Below are positions 7,045 to 14,489 of a stretch of DNA of 31,992 bases, in pieces. Below the pieces are notes generated by a model. The model was not told where the DNA came from, ran no database searches, and saw only the letters and a list, made by a program, of their open reading frames with translations. Every line of letters starts with the position of its first letter. Within the stretch, counting starts at the first letter, position 1. Source of the DNA: a virus; UHGV virus genome UHGV-0236108; one strand, given 5' to 3'. The translations under genes and the position numbers were made by a program.

Positions 7045-7536
7045 ATGAGTCTTTTGAATGACGTTCAGAAATTCATTGAAGCCCATCCGGGCTGTACTTC
7101 CGGAGACATTGCGGATGCTTTTGCAGGTTACTCACGGCAGCGCGTTCTGCAGTCAGCAAGCAAGTTACGTCAGAGTGGGCGTGTGGCTCACCGTTGTGAA
7201 GGAGATACACGCAGACATTTCTCGCGCCTGACTGAGAGAGCGCAGGAGCCGGAACCACAACCAGTTCGTGAAACCAGACCTGTGCGCAAGTTCTATGTCG
7301 GCACTAACGACCCCCGGGTGATTTTGTGCCTGACCCGCCAGGCTGAAGAACTGGAGTCGAGGGGCTTATACCGTCGTGCTGCAACGGTGTGGATGGCGGC
7401 ATTCCGTGAAAGCCACTCCCAGCCAGAACGAAACAATTTTCTGGCGCGTCGTGAGCGGTGCTTACGGAAAAGCAGCAAGCGGGCTGCATCAGGTGAAGAG
7501 TGGTATCTGTCAGGGAATTACGTGGGGGCTGAATGA
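7045..7536 (+). CDS. PerC-like regulatory protein (CPS-53 YfdN-like)
   Basis: C-terminal LESRGLYRRAATVWMAAF...RRERCL resembles the PerC-family signature; GGGGG Shine-Dalgarno before ATG 7045 (ORF-track GTG 7039). Confidence 0.5.
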   Translation: MSLLNDVQKFIEAHPGCTSGDIADAFAGYSRQRVLQSASKLRQSGRVAHRCEGDTRRHFSRLTERAQEPEPQPVRETRPVRKFYVGTNDPRVILCLTRQAEELESRGLYRRAATVWMAAFRESHSQPERNNFLARRERCLRKSSKRAASGEEWYLSGNYVGAE

Positions 7537-8186
7537 GTAATAAATATTGCCAGGCGCTGGTGGAACTGCGGAACAAACCAGCCCATGAACTGAAGGAAGT
7601 GGGCGATCAGTGGCGCACGCCGGACAACATTTTCTGGGGAATTAACACCCTGTTTGGTCCGTTTGTTCTGGATCTGTTCACTGACGGTGATAACGCCAAA
7701 TGTGCCGCGTATTACACGGCGGAAGACAACGCGCTGGCGCATGACTGGTCAGAACGCCTTGCGGAGCTTAAAGGTGCTGCCTTTGGTAATCCCCCATACA
7801 GCCGCGCCAGTCAGCATGAGGGGCAATACATCACCGGCATGCGTTACATCATGAAACATGCCAGTGCCATGCGTGATAAGGGCTGGCGCTATGTTTTCCT
7901 GATCAAAGCTGCCACCAGCGAAGTGTGGTGGCCGGAAGATGCGGACCATATTGCTTTTATTCGCGGGCGTATTGGTTTTGAACTGCCTGCCTGGTTTATC
8001 CCGAAGGACGAGAAGCAGGTGCCGACAGGAGCGTTCTTCGCTGGTGCTATTGCTGTTTTCGATAAGACCTGGAAGGGATCGGCAATCAGCTACATCGGGC
8101 GCGATGAACTTGAGGCATGTGGTGAGGCCTTTCTGGCGCAGGTTCGCCAGCAGGCAGAAAAACTGGTCAGGGAGATGGCGGCATGA
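7533..8186 (+). CDS. phage orphan DNA N6-adenine methyltransferase (Dam-type)
   Basis: Catalytic motif IV NPPY (FGNPPYS); ATGA start/stop overlap with upstream gene; no adjacent restriction endonuclease gene. Confidence 0.75.
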   Translation: MSNKYCQALVELRNKPAHELKEVGDQWRTPDNIFWGINTLFGPFVLDLFTDGDNAKCAAYYTAEDNALAHDWSERLAELKGAAFGNPPYSRASQHEGQYITGMRYIMKHASAMRDKGWRYVFLIKAATSEVWWPEDADHIAFIRGRIGFELPAWFIPKDEKQVPTGAFFAGAIAVFDKTWKGSAISYIGRDELEACGEAFLAQVRQQAEKLVREMAA

Positions 8187-8509
8187 CGACGTTAACTCAA
8201 TGCCAGCAGCAGGTGCTGGATATGCTGATTTCTTATCACAAAGAACGAGGCTTTCCGCCAACCAATCAGGAGGTGGCAACCATGCTGGGATACCGTTCAG
8301 TGAATGCAGCGGTGGAGCATCTTCGCGCACTGGAGAAAAAAGGCGTCATCACGATAAAGCGTGGCGTGGCCCGGGGCATCACGCTTCATACCGCGGTGAA
8401 GGACGACGACAGCGAGGCGGTCGGGATTATCCGCTCACTGCTTGCCGGTGAGGAAAACGCAAGGCTGCGTGCAACCCACTGGTTACATGAGAGGGGCCTG
8501 AAAGTATGA
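8183..8509 (+). CDS. LexA N-terminal DNA-binding-domain-only protein (no S24 peptidase domain)
   Basis: LTQCQQQVLDMLISYHKERGFPPTNQEVATMLGYRSVNAAVEHLRALEKKGVI parallels the remembered LexA N-terminus ([53 protein letters not shown]); protein ends after ~108 aa. Confidence 0.7.
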   Translation: MTTLTQCQQQVLDMLISYHKERGFPPTNQEVATMLGYRSVNAAVEHLRALEKKGVITIKRGVARGITLHTAVKDDDSEAVGIIRSLLAGEENARLRATHWLHERGLKV

Positions 8510-8895
8510 AGCTGATCCTGCCTTTCCCGCCCAGCGTGAACACGTACTGGCGACACCCCAACAAAGGGGCGTTTGCTGGTAAGAGCCTGATAAGCGCGGC
8601 GGGGCGAAAATTCCAGAGCGCGGCGTGCGCAGCAATAGTTGAGCAGTTACGTCGTCTGCCAAAACCAACGTCGGCACCTGCTTCAGTGGAGATCGTGTTG
8701 TTTCCTCCGGATAACCGGATCCGCGATCTGGACAACTATAACAAGGCGCTGTTTGACGCCCTGACCCACGCGGGTGTGTGGGAAGACGACAGTCAGGTGA
8801 AAAGAATGCTGGTGGAGTGGGGACCGGTTATCCCGGAAGGGAAGGTCGAGATCACTATCAGTAAGTACGAGAAACCGGCGGGTGCAGCCGCCTGA
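8506..8895 (+). CDS. rusA: Holliday-junction resolvase RusA
   Basis: LPFPPSVNTYWRH and DLDNYNKALFDALTHAGVWEDDSQV match the RusA signature (LPWPPSNNRYYRH ... [25 protein letters not shown]). Confidence 0.9.
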   Translation: MKLILPFPPSVNTYWRHPNKGAFAGKSLISAAGRKFQSAACAAIVEQLRRLPKPTSAPASVEIVLFPPDNRIRDLDNYNKALFDALTHAGVWEDDSQVKRMLVEWGPVIPEGKVEITISKYEKPAGAAA

Positions 8896-8914
8896 TTAAG
8901 AGGAGAAACGAAGT

Positions 8915-9712
8915 ATGAATAATCTGATGGTCATTGATGGTATTGAAGTTCGTCGTGATGCTTATGGGCGTTACAGCCTGAACGATCTGCACAGGGCTGC
9001 CGGTTCTCTGGATAAGCATAAGCCTGCATTCTGGCTCCGCAATGAGCAAACTGAACGTTTAATAAGCGAGTTGCAGATTTGCAACTCGGTCAATATAGAG
9101 CCAGTTAACGTTATTCGTGGTGGAAATAACCAGGGGACGTATGTCTGCAAAGAACTGGTGTATGCCTATGCAATGTGGATCAGCCCGTCATTCCATCTGA
9201 AGGTGATCCGTACTTTCGACATGGTAACCAGCGCACCTGAAAAATTATCCGGACAGGCTGCTGACAAGATGCAGGCTGGCGTGATTCTGCTGGACTTTAT
9301 GCGCCGGGAGTTAAATCTGTCTAACTCTTCAGTGCTTGGAGCCTGTCAGAAACTTCAGGAGGCTGTTGGCTTACCGAATCTGGCACCGCGCTATGCCATT
9401 GATGCTCCTGCTGATGCACAAGATGGCTCAAGTCGCCCTACGCTGTCACTGAGTGCACTGCTGAAACAGTATGGTATCCGCCTGACGGCTAATCAGGCAT
9501 ATCACCAGATGGTGAAGCTGGGGATCGTCGAGCAGCGCGAACGATACAGCCGTACCGCGATTAACAACATCAAAAAATTCTGGTCGCTGACAGCGAAAGG
9601 CTGCATGTTCGGCAAGAACATCACCAGTCCCGCAAATCCGCGCGAGACGCAGCCGCATTTCTTCGAGTCCCGATTCCCTGAGCTATTAAAGCTGCTCGCT
9701 ACCGTTCATTGA
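8915..9712 (+). CDS. KilA-N domain protein
   Basis: N-terminal region typical of the KilA-N fold (MVIDGIEVRRDAYGRYSLNDLHRAAG ... KPAFWLRNEQT ... AYAMWISPSFHLKV); C-terminal half unassigned. Confidence 0.7.
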   Translation: MNNLMVIDGIEVRRDAYGRYSLNDLHRAAGSLDKHKPAFWLRNEQTERLISELQICNSVNIEPVNVIRGGNNQGTYVCKELVYAYAMWISPSFHLKVIRTFDMVTSAPEKLSGQAADKMQAGVILLDFMRRELNLSNSSVLGACQKLQEAVGLPNLAPRYAIDAPADAQDGSSRPTLSLSALLKQYGIRLTANQAYHQMVKLGIVEQRERYSRTAINNIKKFWSLTAKGCMFGKNITSPANPRETQPHFFESRFPELLKLLATVH

Positions 9713-9713
9713 G

Positions 9714-10709
9714 GTGACCGTGAGAGCACTACTGACCCCTGAAATTGCCCCGCGTATGGGGATCGTATTGTTCAGACCAGGTTCAGAGCTGATGCCCTTG
9801 TTTATGCAGGGGCGTGTCCTGCTGGAGCCTGAGCCGGAACGTTATTCATCTTTCGCCAGTGGTGCCGTTCCGGCAGCATCACAACCGCTGGCGGATGATC
9901 CTGCCGTTCGGGCCGTGTTCCGCAATGAGGCAGTGATCCGTCGTGCTGGTGGAGTGGAATGTCTTGAAAGCTGGTTACTTCGTGAAAAAGGCTGCCAGTG
10001 GCCTCATTCCGACTGGCACAGCGAGAACATGACCACAATGCGACACGCGCCGGGCGCAATCCGTCTGTGCTGGCACTGCGATAACCAGCTGCGCGATCAG
10101 TTCACGGAACGGCTGGAATCAATGGCAACGGATAACTGTGCCCGCTGGATGTTGTCTGTTGTGCGTCGGGATCTCGGTTTTGATGATAGTCACGTTGTGA
10201 CAATGCCGGAACTATGCTGGTGGCTGGTTCGTAATGACCTGGCGGATGCCTTACCGGAAAGTGCAGCCCGTAAGGCACTGAGATTACCGAAGCCTGTTGT
10301 GCCGTCTGCCACCCGGGAAAGTGACCTTGTTCCTTCGGTTCCTGCCACCAGCATCATCCAGGATAAAGCGAAAAAGGTGCTGGCGCTGAAAGTGGATCCG
10401 GAGTCGCCGGAGTCTTTTATGTTACGCCCCAAACGTCGCCGCTGGGTTAACGAAAAGTACACGCGCTGGGTTAAGACGCAGCCGTGCGCATGTTGTGGAA
10501 AGTCTGCTGATGATCCTCACCACCTGATAGGTCACGGTCAGGGAGGAATGGGGACAAAAACGCATGACCTCTTTGTGTTGCCTTTGTGCAGAAAGCATCA
10601 CGACGAGCTGCATGCAGATACCGTGGCATTTGAAGAGAAGTATGGCTCCCAACTGGAGCTGATATTTCGTTTTATCGATCGTGCGCTGGCAACTGGCGTG
10701 CTGGCCTGA
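9714..10709 (+). CDS. DUF968-type prophage protein with C-terminal Cys/His (HNH-like) motif
   Basis: C-terminal PCACCGKSADDPHHLIGHGQGG...LPLCRKHHDELH; precise start uncertain (GTG 9714 or 9720). Confidence 0.65.
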   Translation: MTVRALLTPEIAPRMGIVLFRPGSELMPLFMQGRVLLEPEPERYSSFASGAVPAASQPLADDPAVRAVFRNEAVIRRAGGVECLESWLLREKGCQWPHSDWHSENMTTMRHAPGAIRLCWHCDNQLRDQFTERLESMATDNCARWMLSVVRRDLGFDDSHVVTMPELCWWLVRNDLADALPESAARKALRLPKPVVPSATRESDLVPSVPATSIIQDKAKKVLALKVDPESPESFMLRPKRRRWVNEKYTRWVKTQPCACCGKSADDPHHLIGHGQGGMGTKTHDLFVLPLCRKHHDELHADTVAFEEKYGSQLELIFRFIDRALATGVLA

Positions 10710-10726
10710 TTTTGTGGAGAAAGTTG

Positions 10727-11089
10727 ATGCGTGATATTCAGATGGTTCTGGATCGTTGGGGAGCATGGGCGGCGAGTGATAGTTCTGGAGTAGACTATTC
10801 TCCTATAGCTGCTGGGTTTAAAGGGCTTCTTCCCTATACAAGCAAAACACGTCAGGCTTGTTCAGATAGTGATGCATTAATTATTGAAGGTTGTCTTGCT
10901 CTTCTTAAGAAGAGAAAACCGTATGAGCACTCTCTGATTGTGGCTCATTACCTGTATGGCATCTCGAAAAGGAAGATAGCAAAAGCATACAAAAAAGATG
11001 AGAAATTGATACGTATAGAGATACAGTTGGCTGAAGGGTTTATAGATGGTTGTCTCTCGATGCTGGATATTCGTTTAGAAATGGAGTAA
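10727..11089 (+). CDS. late-gene antiterminator Q (QuuD-like)
   Basis: MRDIQMVLDRWGAWAA... matches the remembered QuuD N-terminus; GGAG 8 nt before ATG 10727 (ORF-track TTG 10712 probably not the start). Confidence 0.8.
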   Translation: MRDIQMVLDRWGAWAASDSSGVDYSPIAAGFKGLLPYTSKTRQACSDSDALIIEGCLALLKKRKPYEHSLIVAHYLYGISKRKIAKAYKKDEKLIRIEIQLAEGFIDGCLSMLDIRLEME

Positions 11090-11100
11090 TAAAATTAAGG

Positions 11101-11131
11101 CAGCAACATAGAGTTTAACTTTGTTGCTGCG
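11101..11131 (-). terminator. hairpin terminator for the reverse-strand HNH-motif gene
   Basis: GCAGCAACA...TGTTGCTGC 9-bp stem; on the minus strand followed by an A/T-rich run (CCTTAATTTTATTA). Confidence 0.4.
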
Positions 11132-11139
11132 TAACAGAT

Positions 11140-11886
11140 TTAATCTGGCATTATGGTAGATAATTGTGGGCTAGGTTTAACCCCGTAGGTTTCTGATATT
11201 CTTTTAACGTTGATACCTACGATTTTTCTGACAGCTCCCAACGAAAATTCTAACTCTTTAATCCCTGCGTCTTTAGAAGTGTTGTTCATATAATAACGGC
11301 ATGCTTCTCGAATTGACTTGCAAACGATAAATAGAGGTGATTCATCTGGGATTTGAGAAAGCAAAGAGGTCAAACATGTTCTTAACTCTTTGAGTGATTC
11401 GGCAACAAAACAGGGGTTTTCAAGATGATATTCTACGAACAAAGCCCCTTTATCATCCAATTCATTTATAATCTTTTTTGCCAGATTTCTTTCATCATGC
11501 TGTTGAATATATTTCAAAGCATCGAAGGTAATATTAATCGAACCTTCAAGACAGGAGCTTATAAGGCTTTCATGATCTTTTTTCCATTTTCTTAATACAG
11601 GTGCCGGATAGTCTAGCCCCTGATTCTTATCTATTAATACAGAACAAGTAGCACACAGCCATATGCCATTGTTAATTGACTTCCTTTCTGTTTCTGATTG
11701 TGACATGTCATAGCGTGGGCCATCAGGAGATGCTGCACATATGTGAGCAGCAACTCCTGTCTTGATTGATTTATTGCCATCAATTGATGGGCCAATGGTC
11801 AATCTAGGGCATGAAGGGTTTGAACAAATGAATGCTGCCCGCTCTGCTAATTTTTTTATAGTGTCTTTAGAAAAATTATGTCGCAT
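11140..11886 (-). CDS. AT-rich accessory protein with N-terminal HNH-type nuclease motif and an uncharacterised ~150-aa C-terminal domain
   Basis: C-x4-C ... H ... N ... C-x2-C spacing (FICSNPSCP ... VAAHICAASPDGPRY ... NNGIWLCATCS) typical of HNH beta-beta-alpha-metal folds; opposite strand to the flanking Q and lysis genes; low GC; own terminator. Confidence 0.6.
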   Translation of the reverse strand: MRHNFSKDTIKKLAERAAFICSNPSCPRLTIGPSIDGNKSIKTGVAAHICAASPDGPRYDMSQSETERKSINNGIWLCATCSVLIDKNQGLDYPAPVLRKWKKDHESLISSCLEGSINITFDALKYIQQHDERNLAKKIINELDDKGALFVEYHLENPCFVAESLKELRTCLTSLLSQIPDESPLFIVCKSIREACRYYMNNTSKDAGIKELEFSLGAVRKIVGINVKRISETYGVKPSPQLSTIMPD

Positions 11887-11979
11887 GTAGTGAACCCAAT
11901 ATATGAGAAAAATATTACTAACGCGGTCCGCATTTTATCATGTAATGTGTTAAGAGTGGTTACTTCGCCACACAGCTTA

Positions 11980-12009
11980 AACCCGCCGTCGAGCGGGTTT
12001 TGTCGTTTC
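11980..12009 (+). terminator. tR'-like rho-independent terminator downstream of the presumed Q-dependent late promoter
   Basis: AACCCGC-CGTCGA-GCGGGTT stem-loop followed by TTTGTCGTTT; located between the Q gene and the holin as in lambdoid late operons. Confidence 0.55.
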
Positions 12010-12152
12010 TGGGGCTGGGGATTCGTTGGTCCTTGCCTATTCCGCAGTTATCCATTGGTTCGGCTTCTTTGACGTTTCCGCTTCTGATTTGCGGTACATG
12101 ATGTTTCCTCAATTTGCACCTGCTGTATCAGCGAGGTGAGAGATAACTACAA

Positions 12153-12479
12153 ATGCCTCATAACCCAAATACATGGCTGGAGTTGGTCCAGAGCTGGTGG
12201 CGTGGAGACACACCGCTGGGTGCAGTGATTATGTCGATCGTTATGGCTGGTTTGCGCATCGCCTATTTTGGCGGTGGTGGTGGCTGGAAGCGAAAAACGC
12301 TCGAGATTTTGCTATGTGGCGCTCTGACGCTGACCTTTGCATCCGCTCTTGAGTATGTCGGATGGCCTAAATCGCTTTCTGTTGCCATTGGTGGTGGCGT
12401 GGGGCTGATCGGTGTCGATGCTATTCGTGGGGCTGCAATGCGAGTAATCGGTAACAAATTTGGTAGCTCGAAGGAGTAA
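12153..12479 (+). CDS. holin (lambda S-like class I, three predicted transmembrane helices)
   Basis: First gene after the late terminator, directly upstream of the endolysin; hydrophobic segments AVIMSIVMAGLRIAYF, LEILLCGALTLTFASAL, LSVAIGGGVGLIGV; charged C-terminus. Confidence 0.8.
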   Translation: MPHNPNTWLELVQSWWRGDTPLGAVIMSIVMAGLRIAYFGGGGGWKRKTLEILLCGALTLTFASALEYVGWPKSLSVAIGGGVGLIGVDAIRGAAMRVIGNKFGSSKE

Positions 12480-12482
12480 TTT

Positions 12483-12959
12483 ATGCAGGCACTAAATTCC
12501 CAGCGTAAAGCTTTCCTGGATATGGTGGCATGGTCAGAAGGAACGGATAACGGGCGACAACCGACACGTAACCACGGTTATGATGTTATTGTTGGTGGCG
12601 AACTGTTCACTGATTACTCCGATCACCCTCGCAAACTTGTCACGCTAAACCCCAAACTCAAATCAACAGCCGCCGGACGTTACCAGCTTCTTTCACGCTG
12701 GTGGGATGCTTACCGTAAACAGCTTGGCCTGAAAGATTTTTCTCCGAAAAGCCAAGACGCTGTGGCATTGCAGCAGATTAAAGAGCGTGGCGCTTTACCG
12801 ATGATTGATCGCGGTGATATCCGTCAGGCTATCGATCGTTGCAGCAATATCTGGGCGTCGTTACCTGGTGCAGGTTATGGTCAGTATGAACATAAAATCA
12901 GTGACCTGATTTCCCGGTTTAAAGAGGCTGGTGGGGTGGTAAATGAAGTTGAGCTATAA
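12483..12959 (+). CDS. R: endolysin, lambda R-type lytic transglycosylase
   Basis: Near-identity over the whole length to the remembered lambda R sequence (NQRKAFLDMxAWSEGTDNGRQ.TRNHGYDVIVGGELFTDYSDHPRKLVTLNPKLKST.AGRYQLLSRWWDAYRKQLGL...). Confidence 0.9.
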   Translation: MQALNSQRKAFLDMVAWSEGTDNGRQPTRNHGYDVIVGGELFTDYSDHPRKLVTLNPKLKSTAAGRYQLLSRWWDAYRKQLGLKDFSPKSQDAVALQQIKERGALPMIDRGDIRQAIDRCSNIWASLPGAGYGQYEHKISDLISRFKEAGGVVNEVEL

Positions 12960-13335
12960 GCTGGTTATCGCTGCATTCTTCTTTACTGTCATCGGTTCTT
13001 TCATCTGGTCTGCCAACCACTACTACAGCAAATATCAGCACGAAAAGAAACGTGCTGATGAGGCTGTACAAAATGCCAAATCGGCAACTGTCATTACCAA
13101 TAACGTCCTGCAATCACTGCAAATCGTCAATACAGTTCTGGAGGCTAACCAGTATGCAAAACAGCAGATCACACTGGAGTCACAGAGAACCCAGGAAGAT
13201 ATCAAAGTGGCTGTTGCGGATGATGATTGTGCTTCACGTCCTGTGCCTGCTGCCGCTGCTGACCGGTTGCGGAAGTACGCGAACAGTTTACGTGCCTATT
13301 CCGGCGGTACCGTTGCCAGCAAGCCTGACTACTGA
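12943..13335 (+). CDS. i-spanin (Rz-like)
   Basis: Overlaps endolysin stop; N-terminal transmembrane anchor LVIAAFFFTVIGSFIW then charged, Gln/Ala-rich periplasmic region. Confidence 0.65.
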   Translation: MKLSYKLVIAAFFFTVIGSFIWSANHYYSKYQHEKKRADEAVQNAKSATVITNNVLQSLQIVNTVLEANQYAKQQITLESQRTQEDIKVAVADDDCASRPVPAAAADRLRKYANSLRAYSGGTVASKPDY

Positions 13336-13492
13336 AACTCCCCAGCCAGTTATTCCCGATCCTCTGACCTATGGGGCCAGCCTGGATCTGAATGTGAGCC
13401 TGCTTTCGGCGTTGGGACAATGCAATATTGACAAAGCGGGGATTAGAAGTATCGAGATGCGCCGTAACGTTTTGCTGGCAGCAGGCAAATAG
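13220..13492 (+). CDS. o-spanin (Rz1-like lipoprotein), +1 frame, overlapping and extending past Rz
   Basis: Signal peptide MMIVLHVLCLLPLLTGC with lipobox LTGC, Pro-rich mature region (VYVPIPAVPLPASLTTETPQPVIPDP). Confidence 0.55.
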   Translation: MMIVLHVLCLLPLLTGCGSTRTVYVPIPAVPLPASLTTETPQPVIPDPLTYGASLDLNVSLLSALGQCNIDKAGIRSIEMRRNVLLAAGK

Positions 13493-13518
13493 TCTGGACA
13501 AAGAACAGGAATATATTT

Positions 13519-13869
13519 ATGCCTCCTCGAACCCCAAAAGCCTGCCGCGTTCGCGGCTGCCCCCATACCACCACTGACCCGTCAGGCTATTGCGAAAGGC
13601 ACAAAAGCGAAGGCTGGAAGCAATACAAGCCAGGCCAGTCCCGTCATCAGCGCGGTTATGGTTCGAAGTGGGACAGTATCCGCGCGCGCGTCCTGAAGCG
13701 TGACAAAGGTTTATGTCAGTTATGTCTGCGTGCCGGTGTGGTGCGTGAAGCTAAAACCGTTGACCACATCATCCCTAAAGCGCATGGCGGCACTGATGCC
13801 GACTGTAATCTGCAGAGTCTGTGCTGGCCGTGTCATAAGGCGAAGACGGCCCGTGAACGACTTAAGTGA
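13519..13869 (+). CDS. HNH endonuclease associated with the packaging module
   Basis: CxxC ... DHIIPKAHGGTDADCNLQSLCWPCH ... canonical HNH motif; sits immediately upstream of terminase small subunit. Confidence 0.85.
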   Translation: MPPRTPKACRVRGCPHTTTDPSGYCERHKSEGWKQYKPGQSRHQRGYGSKWDSIRARVLKRDKGLCQLCLRAGVVREAKTVDHIIPKAHGGTDADCNLQSLCWPCHKAKTARERLK

Positions 13870-13879
13870 TAATAATTCT

Positions 13880-13950
13880 CAACTGTCTGAGGGGAGGGGC
13901 GAGTCAAATCTCTGTGACCTGACGTCTTCCGGACTGCCCGCCCCATCGTT
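13880..13950. other. candidate cos / packaging-recognition region
   Basis: G-rich imperfect dyad (GGGGCGAGTC ... GACTGCCCGCCCC) between the HNH and terminase genes, the usual cos position in HNH-plus-terminase phages; unverified. Confidence 0.25.
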
Positions 13951-13994
13951 TTTTTATACCCGCGAAAAATGAAATTTAACCAGGAGTGCCGCAT

Positions 13995-14489
13995 ATGGCT
14001 GGAACGGCGGGGCGTTCCGGGCGTCGCCCCAAGCCAACGGCGCGCAAGGCGCTGGCCGGAAACCCCGGCAAGCGAGCCCTGAATAAAGATGAACCTGTTT
14101 TTACGCCCATCAAAGGTGTTGAGCCACCGGAGTGGTTCGCTGAAGAAGATCTCCCTCTCGCTACGATCATGTGGCAACTGACAACTAAAGAACTCTGCGG
14201 TCAGGGCCTGCTGTGCGTGACTGACCTCGCGGTGCTTGAGCGGTGGTGCGTGGCCTACGAGTTCTGGCGACGTGCCGTGAAAAATATTGCCAGACAGGGC
14301 AACACCATCACCGGTGCAATGGGCGGTATGGTCAAAAATCCGGAGCTGACCGCCAAAAAAGAACAGGAGTCCGAGATGAGCAGTACGGGGGCAATGCTCG
14401 GACTCGACCCCAGCAGCCGCCAACGTCTGATTGGCCTGGCGGGGAAGAAGAAAGCCACTAACCCGTTTCTGAAAATCATCGAATCATGA
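13995..14489 (+). CDS. terminase small subunit (P27-family type)
   Basis: [28 protein letters not shown]-terminus typical of P27-family small terminases; CAGGAG before ATG 13995 (ORF-track GTG 13986). Confidence 0.85.
   Translation: MAGTAGRSGRRPKPTARKALAGNPGKRALNKDEPVFTPIKGVEPPEWFAEEDLPLATIMWQLTTKELCGQGLLCVTDLAVLERWCVAYEFWRRAVKNIARQGNTITGAMGGMVKNPELTAKKEQESEMSSTGAMLGLDPSSRQRLIGLAGKKKATNPFLKIIES

Noticed and set aside
11887-12152. Possible tRNA gene in the Q-lysis intergenic region
   Set aside because: No convincing T-loop (GTTCGAATC-like) or cloverleaf could be drawn by eye; the GC hairpin fits a terminator better. Could be confirmed negative with tRNAscan-SE.
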